Assembly: GCA_964035545.1 (NCBI GenBank)
Contig: OZ037766.1
Span: forward strand, 27,635,673 to 27,699,672
Length of the DNA: 64,000 nucleotides
Origin: Bugula neritina
Lineage: Eukaryota; Animalia; Bryozoa
Direction of reading: 5' to 3'
Shown here: positions 1 to 13,726 of the stretch, piece by piece
Position numbering within the stretch: position 1 is the first letter of the stretch
How the letters are laid out: every line of letters starts with the position of its first letter
Translations under genes and position numbers: made by a program
Notes under the pieces: model-generated
The model's database searches: none
Told to the model about the DNA's origin: nothing
Seen by the model: only the letters and a program-made list of their open reading frames with translations

Positions 1-2
1 GT

Positions 3-33
<31 letters not shown>
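1..33. repeat. (CAG)n microsatellite, intronic
   Basis: gtagcagcagcagcagcaacagcagcagcagca. Confidence 0.85.
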
Positions 34-522
34 CAGTTATAAAGAACTCAGTTTAAATATCGATGATTAGATGCATGCAATCTGCTTTTTGAAGAGTTAT
101 TCGATGCTTGCTTTAGTTTTTGTAAGAGTGCTTTAGGCTTCAACTGTAATTTAAATTAAAACCATATGGAACTTATGTGCTTAACTTTGATTTAGGTTTG
201 CAAAACATCCATGCACGTGCAATCAGCAAATTTGAGTGCAGCTAAACATAACATAGCTGATATCTATTATAAACAATGCAACGCCACTTATAGCCAATAC
301 AAACTGATTGCTTTGAATAACTAATCTGTTATATTTTGGCAGTAGCGTTCAAGCAGTTTTTTCACCTATAATAGACATTGCACAAATGCAATTAATTACG
401 AAAATTGACGTCATTACAACCATTTGATTATTCAAACTACGGCATGCATACATTTATGTACTTCACTCTAAGTTCTCTGTTTACACTAAATATATTGCAG
501 AATTTGCATGAATATAATTTAC

Positions 523-1557
523 TTATCATCTGCTGGGGGCTCCTTAGAAATATATAAATCTCTCATTATTTCTCTCCAAACTGCTTTCGCTTCTGAATTC
601 TCCCGAAAGTTTTGTTCAAACATTGACTTCTTCCAGAAGTTCTGATTGCAGATTGTGATAGTTGGGAACTGGTAATAAAACACCAATTGTGCACTTGCAT
701 TTTTATAGACTCGGCATCAATGATTTATAACATACACTGGTAAAATAAATTTCAATAGTGAGCACACTAGGATGAAAGTTTTAGATAGAACTATTTTTTG
801 CATAATTATAACAACCATGTTAATGGTAACTAATAAATACAATAGTTAAATAATAATACTGCGCGATACATTATATATGTAATTTTACATCACATCACAT
901 TATATATCATTTAGATACAATTAGGTTTTATTTGCAAACACGTATGACATTTGGTTCGAATGCCGTACTACTCAAAAAGCTAAAGCTTTATAAAAATATT
1001 TTGCCATGTTTTTGTTATAATGAGTTTATCCAATTATTTCAATTATATTTATAACTTGTTTTATAACTTGTTTTAATAAAGCCTCCATTCACTTGTAAAT
1101 TTTATACTTACTGATTATGATACTGTTACGATGAAAACTGTAAATAATTAAATAACAATAAAAACTCAACCCTTCTATTAAACATCATGGTACTTACTGT
1201 AAGATTTGGTGTATTCTTGACAGTAATCTTTGTAGTCAGCAACTTGTTTGAAAAGTTGTCAAGAAACATGTAAGTCGCTGTCAAGATGTAACCCGACCCT
1301 CCCAAAATTAGCAGCGCCCATATAACCCTGTCAGAAATACAATATACAAACTGTAGCACATAGCTAACTATAACACTAATTAACTGTTAACCTGTTTAGC
1401 TTCTGTAACATATTATGCAAAAATGCAAAGTTTTAGAATCTTACCTCCTGAGCAAAGATATTTCTGTATTCCAAACATATTTCAAGCCATGCATTGAGCT
1501 TTCCTCTACAAATTCTTGCCAACTCTTTTCATTCATTTTTTCATTTTTCTCTGCCAT
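523..1557 (-). CDS. DEG/ENaC (ASIC/FaNaC-family) sodium channel subunit, 5' part; continues beyond the left edge
   Basis: Exons 1557-1445, 1327-1198 and 668-523 have GT-AG junctions in matching phase. They give MAEKNEKMNEKSWQEFVEESSMHGLKYVW..RR|VIWALLILGGSGYILTATYMFLDNFSNKLLTTKITV..|FPTITICNQNFW. This shows the pre-TM1 HG motif, TM1 and the FPxxTxCNxN signature. Confidence 0.93.
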
Positions 1558-2986
1558 TTTAGTTTTGAAATAAAATGCTGTTTGATGCTTAGCGGGTCAT
1601 CAATTTGCTTTTTTAAAGCGTTCCATCACGTAGACATTTGAATAAAATGACTCTCAACATGTAAAATCAATGTTTAGAAGAGTTTTGACCGTTTTATATA
1701 TTACCGGACGCTATCGATTTAACTTATATATAACTAAAAGCATATAAAAGGATACACCGTGACTTTCACATGTATTATATTTTATATATCAATACTGAAT
1801 TTCATGTTTGTCACCTCCAAGTTAGAGCAACCACCTGCTAAACTGTTACTTTGTAATTTTACTATTCACCTAGTAAATTATTTATATTCTTTTGTAATTT
1901 CAATACATGTGTTGTTTCCAACAATTTACAATTAAAATTTTCATTGATAGTCAAATTTTATTTTACAACAAAAGCAAATAAATTGCTTGCTGCCACAGCC
2001 AGCTGATGGTTATTAACTATTATAATAGAAAGAATGCATTGCGCTTATAACAAGATATTTGATCTAATGACATAATAGCAATATACATCTGCAATGGTTT
2101 ATTTCTGTGAACCAGAAATATAGCTTTGAAATTGAGTTATTGGGATTTCAATTGTATGATCTCAAGTACTACTTGAGACCATATAGTTCTCAAGTACCAC
2201 TTGAAAACTATATGAAGCTAGCTACTTCAGAATATTTCTACATAATATGATCTACCAACAAGATCAATTGGTTAGTCAATAACGCCAGTTGATTGACAAA
2301 ACTGCTGACATTGCATTTGAAACCAACATTTCAACTTAATATAACAGAAAGAATGTACATTTTAGAGCACCAACAAAAATTTATTGACGGGAGAAATTCA
2401 AAATTGTATACCAATCACTTCCAAACAGCGGTTAACAATATTTTATTCAGTCAAAATCATCGTTATAATAATATTATGATTAAATAATTTGTGTGCACAC
2501 GACAGATGGCTATCATACACATATTAAATAACAAAATACTATAATATGCATTTTCTGAAAACTTCTATAATTTTATTCAAAGTTTAGAAATACAGTAAAC
2601 TTTGCTGCAATTCTTTACTGTGTTTCATCGTTGATTTATAACACAAAATTTCATTTTGTGGTATTTCATTGTTTGTAAACTGTTTATTTATAACATATAA
2701 ACTTGTTTGTAAGATGATACATAAACTAGTATCATAATTTAATGACCACAGCCTATATATAAATCAAACAATTATAACGAAAATGCAGCTAATTGAGAGT
2801 AAAATTAAGATACTTAACATAGTTTATAATAATCAAAACTGTTAATAGCATATATCGTTACAATATGTATATAACTTGGCATGTATTTATGTTTAAAGCT
2901 ATTGGTCAAAAGGTGTCTGATTATTTGGAGTTAAACTGAGTGCTGTGTAGTTATCTTGAGTCAAATTAATGTCTTTAGGAAGACGT

Positions 2987-4889
2987 TTAGACGCAGGTAT
3001 CATCAAAGGAGTCGTATCTCAGGGTGTCATCTGCACACTCAGAGACTAGCAACAAGAGTACCCTTTCTCCTCTACAGTTTGGTTTGGCTTCAACAGATCT
3101 GAAAAGTGTGCATTTGTAAGAAATAGAATTAAATGTAAGTAAACTCATTCAGTTGCCTTAACAAAAAAGTTTTTATACCCGTTTTAGATTTTTTTGGTAC
3201 GGCTTGAATCCTTTGTTTGCTACATTTTTACGTAATTTAGGACAAAGGAGTTTATCATTTGTTTCATTATTGCACCTATAACCCCAATAGCATGAAGCAT
3301 TAATAAGTACTGCATTATATAACTTAAGCAAACTGTATATCTCCTAAATTCTTCTTCTACAAAGTTAAGAAATAACTAGTGTTGAGACCTAGCCTGTAGC
3401 TCATTGAATAATATTTTGATATACTGCCAGCAAATTCATGTAAAATCACTGTTTATCCTTTGATATTACTATGGTTGCTGTTGCAAAAAATAGTTATGAA
3501 ATTTTGGGCGGAATTGCTAGGTTCAGTCTTTTAAAAGCCTTTACTATATCTCTTGTTTATTTAAAGTTTTATTAAAGTTTTATCAATAAATGATCTATCA
3601 TAATTATCATTCTGAGGTAAAAGTATGATAGCAAAAATGCAGAAGTTAAAGTGTTAGATGAAGAAGTAACTAAGTCAAATATTTCTATAGAACAATTTTT
3701 GCATTTCAACAAAACATATACATAGCTGAGCAAAAGCATAATTTATGAGTTGTATTTCAGTATTGTTTGAATTGTTCTACAAATGTGAAATAAATATCTC
3801 AATGTCTCTGTTTTGCTATTAATTTTATGTCCAAGTGATTAGGCTTCATATTATTATATAATCACAGTCTATAAAAGACTGCCTTTACCCAATCATAATG
3901 AAATTACTTACGGTTCACGTAGAGTCTGAATCCTGACTGTTGAGATTTCTGTCTCGTTATGAACTAGCCTCTCTCTCAATCCCTCCTTTAGGTATTCCGG
4001 AGGTGCTTTGTAGACTACAGAGAAAGTCTTGTCAGTTGGCCAGTAGATGGTCATCTCATTGTTCCGACATCTATGCCAAGGTTGCATCTCAACGGACATG
4101 TTACAATCTAAATAGAATGTAACATCTTCGAAACTCAACTCAACTCATACTGATGATGTCATAAGAAATAAACTAGCTAAAGTCATACAAACCTACCATG
4201 AGCACATACTTGCTGAAATTGTCTGCGCCGTTGAGACAAAGAATCTCTAAGAGACATCCTGTTGTACGCATTTTTCATGAGATGACATGAGACATCATAT
4301 CTACTGGCAAACATTAGTCTCCTCACTACTGGTGACTCTATAACACAATAATGCAACTCTATAAAATGTTTCTTCTTCTTATATCTATGCCGAAACTATG
4401 ACAGTTTCAATTTAAAAAACATGATCATGTTAAATTGGATGGCATATCTGTAGATAAAAGAATTTGATAAATTAGAGGATAATAGCATTTGATGCAGCAT
4501 TCAACATGAAGAACTCTTTGCCAATTTACAACTCACCTGTGACATTAATGTAGTAGAGAGACTTTTGAGAATATTCATTAGGATCTCTAGAAAACTTGTA
4601 GCCTCCTTCTTGATAGTATCCTGTATAGGAACTTCCTGGTAACCTGAACTCAGATGTGTTCTGACCAGGATCCAGATAAACAGTGAACTTGTCAAACGGT
4701 AAGCGAAAACCTGAAACAGCAGAGAATGAGAGCACAAATTTAAGTTTCAAGTGAAAGTAGAATGACTATACAGATTTTTGATTATGAAAACTAAATTTGA
4801 GCATTTCTTACAAAACTTCAAGTTTGAGACCAAGAGAAGGAAATAATTTGATTTGAACTTTAATCAATTGGCAAATATGCTATGCTATA

Positions 4890-4937
<48 letters not shown>

Positions 4938-6788
4938 TACTGACCATTCAGCTTGTAGATACTGCTTACAAACCCAACATACACATCTTCTCCCACTTTT
5001 AGTATAGATTTCGGCTTATGATAAATGTCACATCGGAAGATATTTGCACAACACACACGATCTACTTGGTGGCTATTGAAATCCAATAATTTGAGTTTTC
5101 TGTTAAGATAATCAGCAACAAGATACATATTGAACCCAACTTTTGTTATTTCAGAAGGAAAATAAAAAGTGGAGCTATTGAAACTGCCAACGGAAGAACT
5201 GCCAGATTTCAAACCAGCTACTATAAGATTAGTAACTGAACCATTCCTATGCCAACTGACTCGAGAGATATAATGATCATTAGTCACTAGCAGCTTATCC
5301 TCGGCCCAGGCTAAATACGTAGGTCTATTCAAGCCTGAGTTGATAACAGTGCCCAGTTCTCCTGTGCAGAGGTCTACAGATCTTATTGCATTATTAAAGC
5401 CATCAGCAATTAGCAGCCTGTTTGGGTTCCTAACATCTATCTCAATACCAAAAGGGTTGCCTAGTTTACCAACACCTACTCCACCCTCATCATAACCCTT
5501 GCTACCACATGTTCCTGCCAAAGTACGGGTGCTGTTGTTAACTCTGTTTAGGATCTTTACGCAATAGTGGTTTTCGGCTACCAAAGCTACATGCGTTTTG
5601 TTAAGTTGTTTAAACCCTGCTATGAAACTGTCTTGAATGGTTGCAAGAGTTGAAGTAGTTGTCCCATCTGTATTCTGAAGATGCTCCCATGTACTAAACA
5701 TGATACTCCCATCATCTTTAAGGAGATCCAATTCCATGTGGTAAATAGCTTCACTAGTTTTAAGAAAAACTTCAAATCTCTTGAACGAAACCCTAAAATA
5801 GCAACCAAATTTATTGCTTTTTTTGAATAAAATTGGTCAACAATGTCATATATATATCTGAACTCATTCAAATCTACCCAATAACTAATACCTCTAATTT
5901 TCAATATATAAGCAGAATGGGCATATTATTTTAAAGGAGATTTAAAAAAGAATAATAGTCTTTTTATAACAATAATCATCATTATTTTAAACAAAACATA
6001 CATTCTATTTTATAATCCAACATAAAATGAGTCTGCCGTTGATTGTTCATCATAAGTTGATAGTAACAATAGAATGTGCCAGGTTTTCCAAAACCATAAA
6101 ATTTACGTATTTTTCAATTTGGTTTATTTTCTTAAAAACAAATGGTTTGTTTACAAAAAAATATATAAATCTATTTTACTGGACTAAATTAAAAGGTTGC
6201 CATGTGGTTCAATTCTTGCTATTTGTACCTATAATAAAACTGTTGTATTTATGTATTTGATAACCCATATTGTGTTCCATGGTAACAATAATATTGTTGT
6301 AGTCTTACCGCTTATTTAAACTAATGCACAATTTTGACTGTTATATAATACCTGCCATACCTATTTCTTACTCATTTTGTGTTTATTTTTAAACTATTAA
6401 ACCAAGTTAAAAGATCATAAAAAAAATTAAAATTGAAGTTATTGCAATTAAATTTAATTAATTTAATGTGAACAGCATACCTTGAACAGTACTCACTACG
6501 GCACTGTAATAGCTGGAGTGACATCACTAAAATCTGTATAACAAAACAAAGTATTTTTGAAAAAAAATGTTTACAATATAAAATTAAACTTTCATTGTAT
6601 CGTACTAGTTTTTCTAAATGGCTACAAAACTCATACAGTTGTAATGTTGTGCATAATAATATTATGTAAAAGACTTGTACAAATTATCAAAAATATAAAA
6701 TAAATAATTTATATTCGTATAATGATGCTGTGTAATATACTGTAGATCAATATAGGCTACTCACTATCAAAAGAGAGTGACTTTGCAT
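2987..6788 (-). CDS. Secreted NHL-repeat (beta-propeller) protein with uncharacterised C-terminal region; apparently frameshifted at ~4132-4146
   Basis: Exons 6788-6765 and 6533-6481 encode a signal-like MQSHSLLIILVMSLQLLQC. Exon 5753-4945 holds the NHL repeats (TLAGTCGSKGYDEGGVGVGKLGNPFGI, LLIADGFNNAIRSVDL, YLVADYLNRKLKLLD). Further exons: 4710-4537, 4337-4210, 4149-3912, 3098-2987 (ends DDTCV*). Phases agree except at the (GAGTT)3 tract. Confidence 0.75.
4884..4939. repeat. (TA)n microsatellite next to the splice donor of the NHL exon
   Basis: Direct TA run. Confidence 0.9.
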
Positions 6789-7884
6789 TTTTCTCTTCTC
6801 TTTCTCTTTATTTAATAATCGTTTTCGTCTATTTCAGTGTGACAATTTTGGAATAGTGTAAGACAGTGTTAAACACTTGTTTATAGCCAGATTCAGTGAA
6901 ATGATATGATGCCTGCCAATAAAATAATTATGTATAGTTGTTATTAGTGGCTGTGTAAGGAATCGACTGTACCGTAAAAAGCTGCTGTACAGTAAAAGTC
7001 TACTGTACAGCAGAAATCTATACTGTGCAGTAGACTTTTACTGCATGTGCAGTACTGTACAGTACAGAATATTATACAAATACATTATACATATAATGTA
7101 TAGTGTAAACATATAATATACGCATATAATATAAGCATATAATATACAAATGTAACAGACACTTAGCTTATATAAAACAAACAAACACATAGATTAACAC
7201 ACATGTGTTTACAATTCAGGGAAGCTGCATGCAGATTCTTCTTGGAAATGAATTCTTCAAGCATACAATTGGACTCACAAAAACCTCAACTAAGTTTTCC
7301 TACATTATGCTTTGCAGAAATAGATTTTCCTGGCACTTGAGATACATTTTTATAGACTATATGTTATAAACCTGTCAATGAGCAGTACCTTCTTTCTTTA
7401 GATGTCAGAAGCACCTTAGAAGTACAGACGAAGAAAAGAATTTGATGGTAATAGCCTGTGTCTGAACTCTTACAGTTTATTGGTAGATCTCTTCCCATTG
7501 CTAAGTGACTTGACGCCAACTTCCTTATCAAGTAGCATGTTGTTAGAAAAAAACAACTAAGGGAATATTCACCCTGATGCAAAATAAACACCACTACTTT
7601 ATTACTAGTATAGCTTGTTATCTCAATCCATCACATATTATCACCACAATATTATTCTACAGGTATGATGCCAATTTTAAGTCTATAATAAGGATTTTGT
7701 GTTATGAATTACTCAAAAAACATAATATACAGAATCACTGCAGCCAACACACAAAGTTCTTCATATTCTAACTGAGATTAAATTGGCTGATTTTAATTAT
7801 TAATATTTCGTTATCATAAACATAGCAAGAACTCTACAAAGCTGTTTTTCGCATTACTATAATATATTTTTTTACCAACTGGAA

Positions 7885-8284
<400 letters not shown>

Positions 8285-10584
8285 AGGAGGAAAAGAAATG
8301 GGATAACAAAATTATAAAGAATACACGTTTCATAACATGTGATGTTGTGAGATCTTTTACAGATCTGTATCAATTTGCATTATAATAAGGGACGATCTAT
8401 TATGCATCCTTTCTAGCTTGCTAAAACAACGTGATTCACCATTTGAAAAGTTGTAGCCAACAACAAGTCATAATGATAGAGTATAGAAAACTCAGAAATG
8501 CTTCAAATAATATAACCTGCGCAATCTTGCTTTTAATGAACTAAATTCCATCATGGCTTGTTATACAATTTTTATTAAATTAATTTTCGAAAGAACTAAC
8601 AATTGTATTAAAAATCTGTATAGTTTGTGGTCACCAAGTGCAGTGGTTTGAGGATGTCTCAAGTTTGGATTGATAGTTTGGAGTTTGCACAACAGCGTGT
8701 ATACAAACACTGCTTTTAGTGCCTCCACACTTTTTGCTGTATCTAGCGATCCTTCATGAAAAGCAGCTATTGACCAGTGTGCTCTATTATTACTTTAATC
8801 ACTTATCAGTTATTACCCAAATTTAGCTCTTTGCTATTGACTAGTACGAGTGCGAGCGAAAAGAATAATTTAGTTACGGAGTTGCTTATTCTTGTGTTTT
8901 ATTAGCAAAAAGCCTTATGCTGCATAAGAGTATTATAATTATCGAGCTCAAACTTTGAACCCCCACTGTTGACATCTGGCTAGAAAAAACGCTTTTGTAG
9001 TTACTACAACTATCACTTTTGTGAAAATCTTAAATCTCATACTCGCACTCATAATTATAATAAAATATAAATATATTTATAATTATAATAATTCTTTATA
9101 TTATCGTTATCGTATTATTGTTGTTATATAATTATAAGATGATCATGATGATAACTGAAATAAAGTTTATCAATCATAAGCATATTATTATTTATTATTC
9201 AATTTAGTATCATAATCATCATTCATTAATTATCAATGATCATCATCATGGTTATACTAATAGTCTAATACTTATAGTTGAATTTAGAATTAATGTTATA
9301 CTTATACTATTAGTATTACTATAACTATAAGATTAAGTATAACTATATCCAAGACTTACACTAATACTTATAGTTATACACTTATACACTTACTGTATGA
9401 GTAAGAGTAATGTTAAACTTGAACCTGAAGGTAAACTTGAAGAATTATCACTAGCAGTGTGAACTGTAAAGTAAAGCTAAAATTCTTACACTATCACTAT
9501 GGATAACGGTATTCAGTAATCAGTTATCATAATCATATTGAGTAGGGCCATTTAAAACTAACTATTTTTATTTTAATCTAAAAGTAAAAATGAATGAAGA
9601 AAGTTAATCGTGAATCACTATCAGTATCATTATCAGTATGAGTATCACTATCAGAATGAGAATGTCAATAAATGAGTAATCATCTGAACAATTTAGCAAT
9701 TACAACAAATAACTAAAAATTTTAGTTTTACTTTAACTTTCTTATCTTTCACCGCCATGTCCTGATCGGATTTTAACTAATAAATAAATAACTATAAGTG
9801 ACTGTGATAATATTGGATTGTTATTTGATGGCCGCCATAATATTAAATTTCAATTTGTAGTAGCCTACTAATACTAATAGTAAAACTAATAATAATTATT
9901 ATCATTACCACATTGATGATCATAATTACGATGAGAAGCCAAAGAAGAGTATGACAAAGTCAATTGTGAGCGACGCAATGGACATTTGCATTTAACTTTA
10001 TTATTTGATCTTTGGCATTCACATTGAGTTTGACATGGCGATTGTTAATGAAGTTCTTTGTTGTAGTCTAACTCGATTCTGGCGTTTGAACTAGTAGTAC
10101 TAATACTATAATTATTACTATGGTGTATAACTTAAACTTATAAGTACAAGTACAACGTTTTACTAGTAGTAGTAATGACAATGTGCCAATCGGGTGTGAC
10201 TGGCTACAGTTATGACTTTGATGAAAGGAAAAAATGAGCTTCTAATTTTATAAATCAAGATAAATGTAATAACACAATAAAATGACCTAGGTTCATGTCT
10301 GTAGCTATATATAGATATTACTAAGCACGAGTGAATATGTGTAACTATCAGCGCATGACAGAACTTATGTCTTATTTACTAAAATTGTCCTGAAGGTCAA
10401 TTGTTTAAACATCTCCAATTATAATTAATTAACACATCATTAAAGGGAGTGGCTACACTACAATTGTTTTAATTAAGAGCTAACACCTTTCAAAGGTAGC
10501 ATTTCAAACAGTTTTGAATTCACTTTTTTGTGCAGAAATGAAGAGTCTCTGATTATTCTGCTGGGGAAGTGTAATTTGCAACCC

Positions 10585-13552
10585 ATGATGAGCGAAGGTA
10601 GTGCCAGTTCTGCTCACGATAGAGATAAAGCACTGTATCACTATGCTGAGGTTAGGAGCTTCATTATGATGGTTATAGTTCTTATATATTTATTTGTTTT
10701 AGTTTTGTAGCTTATCACTATTTGTATTATATGCACTCAATAAACTTATCAATAATACTTTTTGTATTATATATTAAAATCAACAAACTGCTCAATAGTT
10801 ATATAAGAATATGTGAGCATGAATCACAATATTTCCTGTTCCTATGAACATAGCATACAAATCCCCCATCTCTTGTTTCCTGATATTTGATGGTTCTCGC
10901 TATTTTCATTATTTCTTAGCTCTTTTAACAGAACTAATAGAAACAATAGTATTTTTATTGCATATTTGGGAAAGAGGGCATGGAAAATATGTAATATTTT
11001 TTCTGAAGATTTTGCTAATTTCTGTTAATAATTTATCTTATTGGGATAATTTATCACAGTTTATATTATTGTATATTTGCTATAAAGCTTATGTGAAAAG
11101 CTCTGCCGCACTCATATTGTAGAATGTAGCCTTTACAGCCAGTACCAACCCCTCAGCACTATTGACGTCTGCCAGTGTTCACAAGGGGTCCATCCACGAT
11201 AAACTCTTTGAGTTGTATCTTAAGCATTTCAATCAAACCTCACAAGCTACTGTAAGTCTGAATACCGTAGTCTATAATGATAGGAAATTAGTGATATAGT
11301 AACTATAGTCATGTTTAAACCTTCTTAGATAATACTTTGGCAGTAAACTCTGGTTGTGCTGCACTGTTAGCCAGTGCAATCAAGAATACATTATCCTATA
11401 CCGATTTTCCACTTTGCTAATAGTTCCGCTACAATTTTCTAGTTGGTGTGCTGATTCATCTAATAATTATTTTATGCTCCAAGGTGCATTCTAAGACAGG
11501 CTCTGTTGTGTTCTAAGGTGCATTCTAAAATAGGCTCTATTGTTTTCTAAGCTGTATTCTAAGATAGGTTTTATTGTGTTCTAAAGCTCATTCCATTATG
11601 CTTTAAGGTTCGATATATCACATGATAAGGTGTGGTTTGTTGTATTCTCAGGCTTGTCCCAACCTGCTCTCAGTGTTAGTAAAGAGGGACAATCTAAACA
11701 CTCTGGTCATAAACCTCAAGCCACTGGAACAGGGCTACTCTGTACTAATCAAATCTCTGACAGGGAATCTCGTGGAGACCATCAACTTACCATACACAGT
11801 ATGTTGCAGAGGGGTTGCTTTTTCATCAGACTGCGTTTTCTATTTTCTGTTCATATTATAGTTATTATTTATATTCGTTGTAATATGTGCACATAGAACT
11901 GTTGCTATCTATTCAAATTTCTTGCAATGCTTCTACATAGAACTGCTATTATTTATTCACATTTCTTGTAATTAATGTACATAGAAATGCTATTATCTAT
12001 TCACATTTATTTTGTAATACAAGTAATTGTTGCAATTTTTCAAATATTAAATGAAATTATAAAATAAACTATGTATTTTAGAGTTGTTCTCTTATTGTAG
12101 GAAACTGAGCTACTTGACTGTATTGAGCAAGAGGAGGTAAAGAGACTTAATATTATGTATTGAAAAGTGTGAAATTTTGTTTATTACTGGGTTAGGACTA
12201 TCCAAATGTATACTATAAAATATACAGCCAATGTGAATTTTTTCATCTTAAGTTATAAACAAAATCTATTAACATAAGTTTTGTGTTGATCACCAAATAC
12301 TAAGTGTTACAAGATATACTCATTATTTGCAACTCCTTATTAACATAATATAGTAACGGTTGACTCGCAGTTTATAAATTTTATTGTTTAATAAATTGAT
12401 TTGGCTCTGTTTTGTTTCAACTCGTACTGTGATGCTATATTCTAAGACATGGTATGAATACTTGAAGGTCCTCAAGTTTATTCTTCTCTTTAGATTCCAC
12501 CCACAATAGTAGATTTATTAGAGCAAACTCAGTCTGATCTGTTCTATGATGGGTGTGTCATTGCCGAGGTACGCGATGGTCGGCGGGGCGCTAGTGGAGC
12601 CTGTAAAACGAGCTACTTCCTGCTGAAACCTTCTCACAGGGTGAGATATTTACTGCGTTCTAGTAATCTACTTAATCTACTAGTCACTGCTACCTCTAGT
12701 ACTACTACTGCTACTGCTACCGCTACCACGACTGCTACTACTACTGCTGCCACTACGGCTGCTACTATTACTAATACTACTGCTACTACTACTACTACTA
12801 CTATCACCGCTACTACTACCACCGCTACTACTACTATCACCGTTACTACTACTACCACCGTTGCTACTACTACCACCGCTACTACTGCTGCTGCTGCTAC
12901 TACTACTGCTACTGTTGCTACTACTACCACTACTGCTACTACTACTACTACCACCGCTACTACTGCTACCACTACTACTACCACCGCTACTACTGCTACC
13001 ACTACCACCACCATAACATTACAATCACTACACTTAAAACACTGCAGGTATTTTCTCTTTCAGACTATCTTAGCTGACATAAATGCACTCACCAATGATC
13101 AGTTCAGATGGAGTCAAGATGACAGGTTTATATTAGAAAGTAAACTCTTACTGGCTACTAGTGAGCCACTGTGTCTAGACCCTACCCCCGCTGTCGGCAT
13201 CATACGTAACCGACTAGCCTACAAGAAGAAAATTGCTCAAAGTCCATTGCTCACAAGGTTTGTACTGCACATATCATACTCTGAGTATAGTTAATTTTCC
13301 AGCTTTGAAAAGTTTTATTATTATAAGTATCTTGCATGTCATATATCCACAACTATTGCCTTATAAGCTCACGGGAGTTTATAGTTGCCATCCCTGTGGG
13401 AAACCCCTGATGGAAAGAGTTTTTTTAAAGTGGGCTAACGACTTATTCATATGTAGCTGGATGCTCTTCCTAACCTCAACAGTGGAGATTGACCTTATGA
13501 ACTCGTGTTTACTAAACCAGCGCTCTAACCCCTACCTCTACTACTACTACAG

Positions 13553-13610
<58 letters not shown>

Positions 13611-13620
13611 GCTACTACAG

Positions 13621-13672
<52 letters not shown>

Positions 13673-13682
13673 GCTACTACAG

Positions 13683-13726
<44 letters not shown>

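Noticed and set aside
7200-7600. Minus-strand stretch with coding-like composition (76-aa ORF)
   Set aside because: It has in-frame stops, no recognisable domain and no convincing splice sites.
8846-9052. Short inverted pair GAGTGCGAG / CTCGCACTC about 200 bp apart
   Set aside because: The match is too short and lacks a clear TSD, so it cannot be called a MITE.
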